Under the pieces are notes generated by a model. It was not told the DNA's origin. It saw only the letters and a list, made by a program, of their open reading frames with translations, and did not search any database. The translations under genes were made by a program, and so were the position numbers. DNA of 63,607 nt, filler included, from Perkinsus chesapeaki ATCC PRA-425 (taxonomy: Eukaryota; Protista; Perkinsozoa), in assembly GCA_013115145.1 (NCBI GenBank). It is 10 parts of 10 records of this genome, joined end to end, with 100 filler letters (N's around TTAATTAATTAA, not from the genome) between each part and the next. Parts side by side here need not be neighbours in the genome. Positions count along the whole stretch, not along the records: positions 59,454 to 63,607 come from JAAPAO010001311.1; 9 more parts are not named here. The stretch is one strand, 5' to 3'. This document shows positions 62,841-63,607 of the stretch, piece after piece (the first letter of the stretch is position 1; the number at the start of each line of letters is the position of its first letter).

Positions 62841-63607
62841 TTAAGCGTCCAAAAACCCAAAATCCCTCACAGGGCAAACTCTCCCCGGGATCTTCTCCAA
62901 CTCTCTGGGGAAAGCAGCCCCTAACTGTAACCGAAGTGCATCCGCCCAGCAATTACTAGCTCCTGCGATATGTTGGAACTTCATATCTAGAACCTTACTC
63001 GATCTGGCACCGTCGTAAGCTAGCTCCATAGCAATCCTTTCAATAACCGCCGATTTTGACTTCATTTTCACGGCCAAACTTATCGCTACGACTGAATCAG
63101 ACCGCACCAACACCGGTACATCGTCTGCTCACTGATTCGACCATAACCGAGAGCCCACTAGTATAGCTAATAGCTCGAAGGCATTCTGGTAGTGGGAAAT
63201 ATCTTTAGATCTTATAGATCCGATATAATATCCGCAAACAACTCTTTAGGGTGGTTATTCTCCACCAATACCCCACCAATACCGCTCCAGCAAGCCTCCA
63301 CTACCATGGTTCTAATACATGGATTGCGACCATAAGCCTTGAGTGGGAACCTCCTCACCAAATATCGGCCATCACCGTCTCGAGCATCACTAATAAAGTC
63401 CATAATAACTTTTTGCAACCACCTGATAGCCCACTAACATGAACTGATAAAAGCGTACTTGGCGCCATTCTTCTCAGCCGGCGCTACCGCCGCCCACATC
63501 GGTGCAACAAACGGAGCCATCTGCTTGGCAACTCGGCTCATCCAAGTCAGCCGTCCGCACAAACTTCTCAACGCAGACACCCTTGTGACCTGCTTATCAC
63601 CGATCCT
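62841..63607 (-). pseudogene. DIRS-type RT C-terminus / RNase H with stops and frameshifts
   Basis: LRSLCGRLTWM, VEACWSGIGGVL, FELLAILVG, VRSDS, HIAGASNCWADAL. Confidence 0.82.

Larger units (their letters stand above)
60656..63607 (-). mobile_element. Tyrosine-recombinase retrotransposon (DIRS order; PAT/Ngaro-type termini), 3' part
   Basis: Degraded RT connection/RNase H, then a YR ORF, then split direct repeats. Confidence 0.9.

Overview
Eukaryotic, intron-rich protist DNA, most consistent with Perkinsus (Perkinsozoa, Alveolata). This assignment is inferred from the ~45-50 nt GT-AG introns, an alveolate-type cytochrome c, an OST-HTH/OHA protein, CW..CC repeats and Perkinsus-like secreted orphans. 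The window is not contiguous: it is 10 contigs joined by nine artificial 100-bp linkers (N44-TTAATTAATTAA-N44), so adjacency across linkers carries no information. Contigs 1, 2 and 7 hold mostly unidentifiable multi-exon genes, plus a MORN-repeat gene and a tRNA relic. Contig 3 is about 14% GC and organelle-like. Contig 4 (12633-42540) switches near 14.9 kb to an AT-rich, gene-dense compartment containing two tandem glycerol kinases, RPL35A, an OHA + 2x LOTUS protein, eIF4E, an ankyrin protein, a Cys-rich DUF3431-like protein, RPL9, two DUF1769-like genes, two UNC93-like MFS transporters and a PP2C. Contig 5 is an LTR-retrotransposon integrase. Contig 6 has an M20 peptidase homologue and cytochrome c. 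Contig 8 has a beta-rich orphan. Contig 9 has two tandem P5 ATPases. Contig 10 has tRNA-Leu(TAA) and the 3' part of a tyrosine-recombinase retrotransposon with identical split direct repeats. The most notable leads are the LOTUS/OHA protein, the YR element ending 86 bp from a tRNA, the degenerate glycerol-kinase paralogue, the compositional mosaic inside the P5 ATPase, the AT-rich contig and several palindrome clusters. Exon boundaries were read by eye and many gene ends are approximate. No database searches were run.
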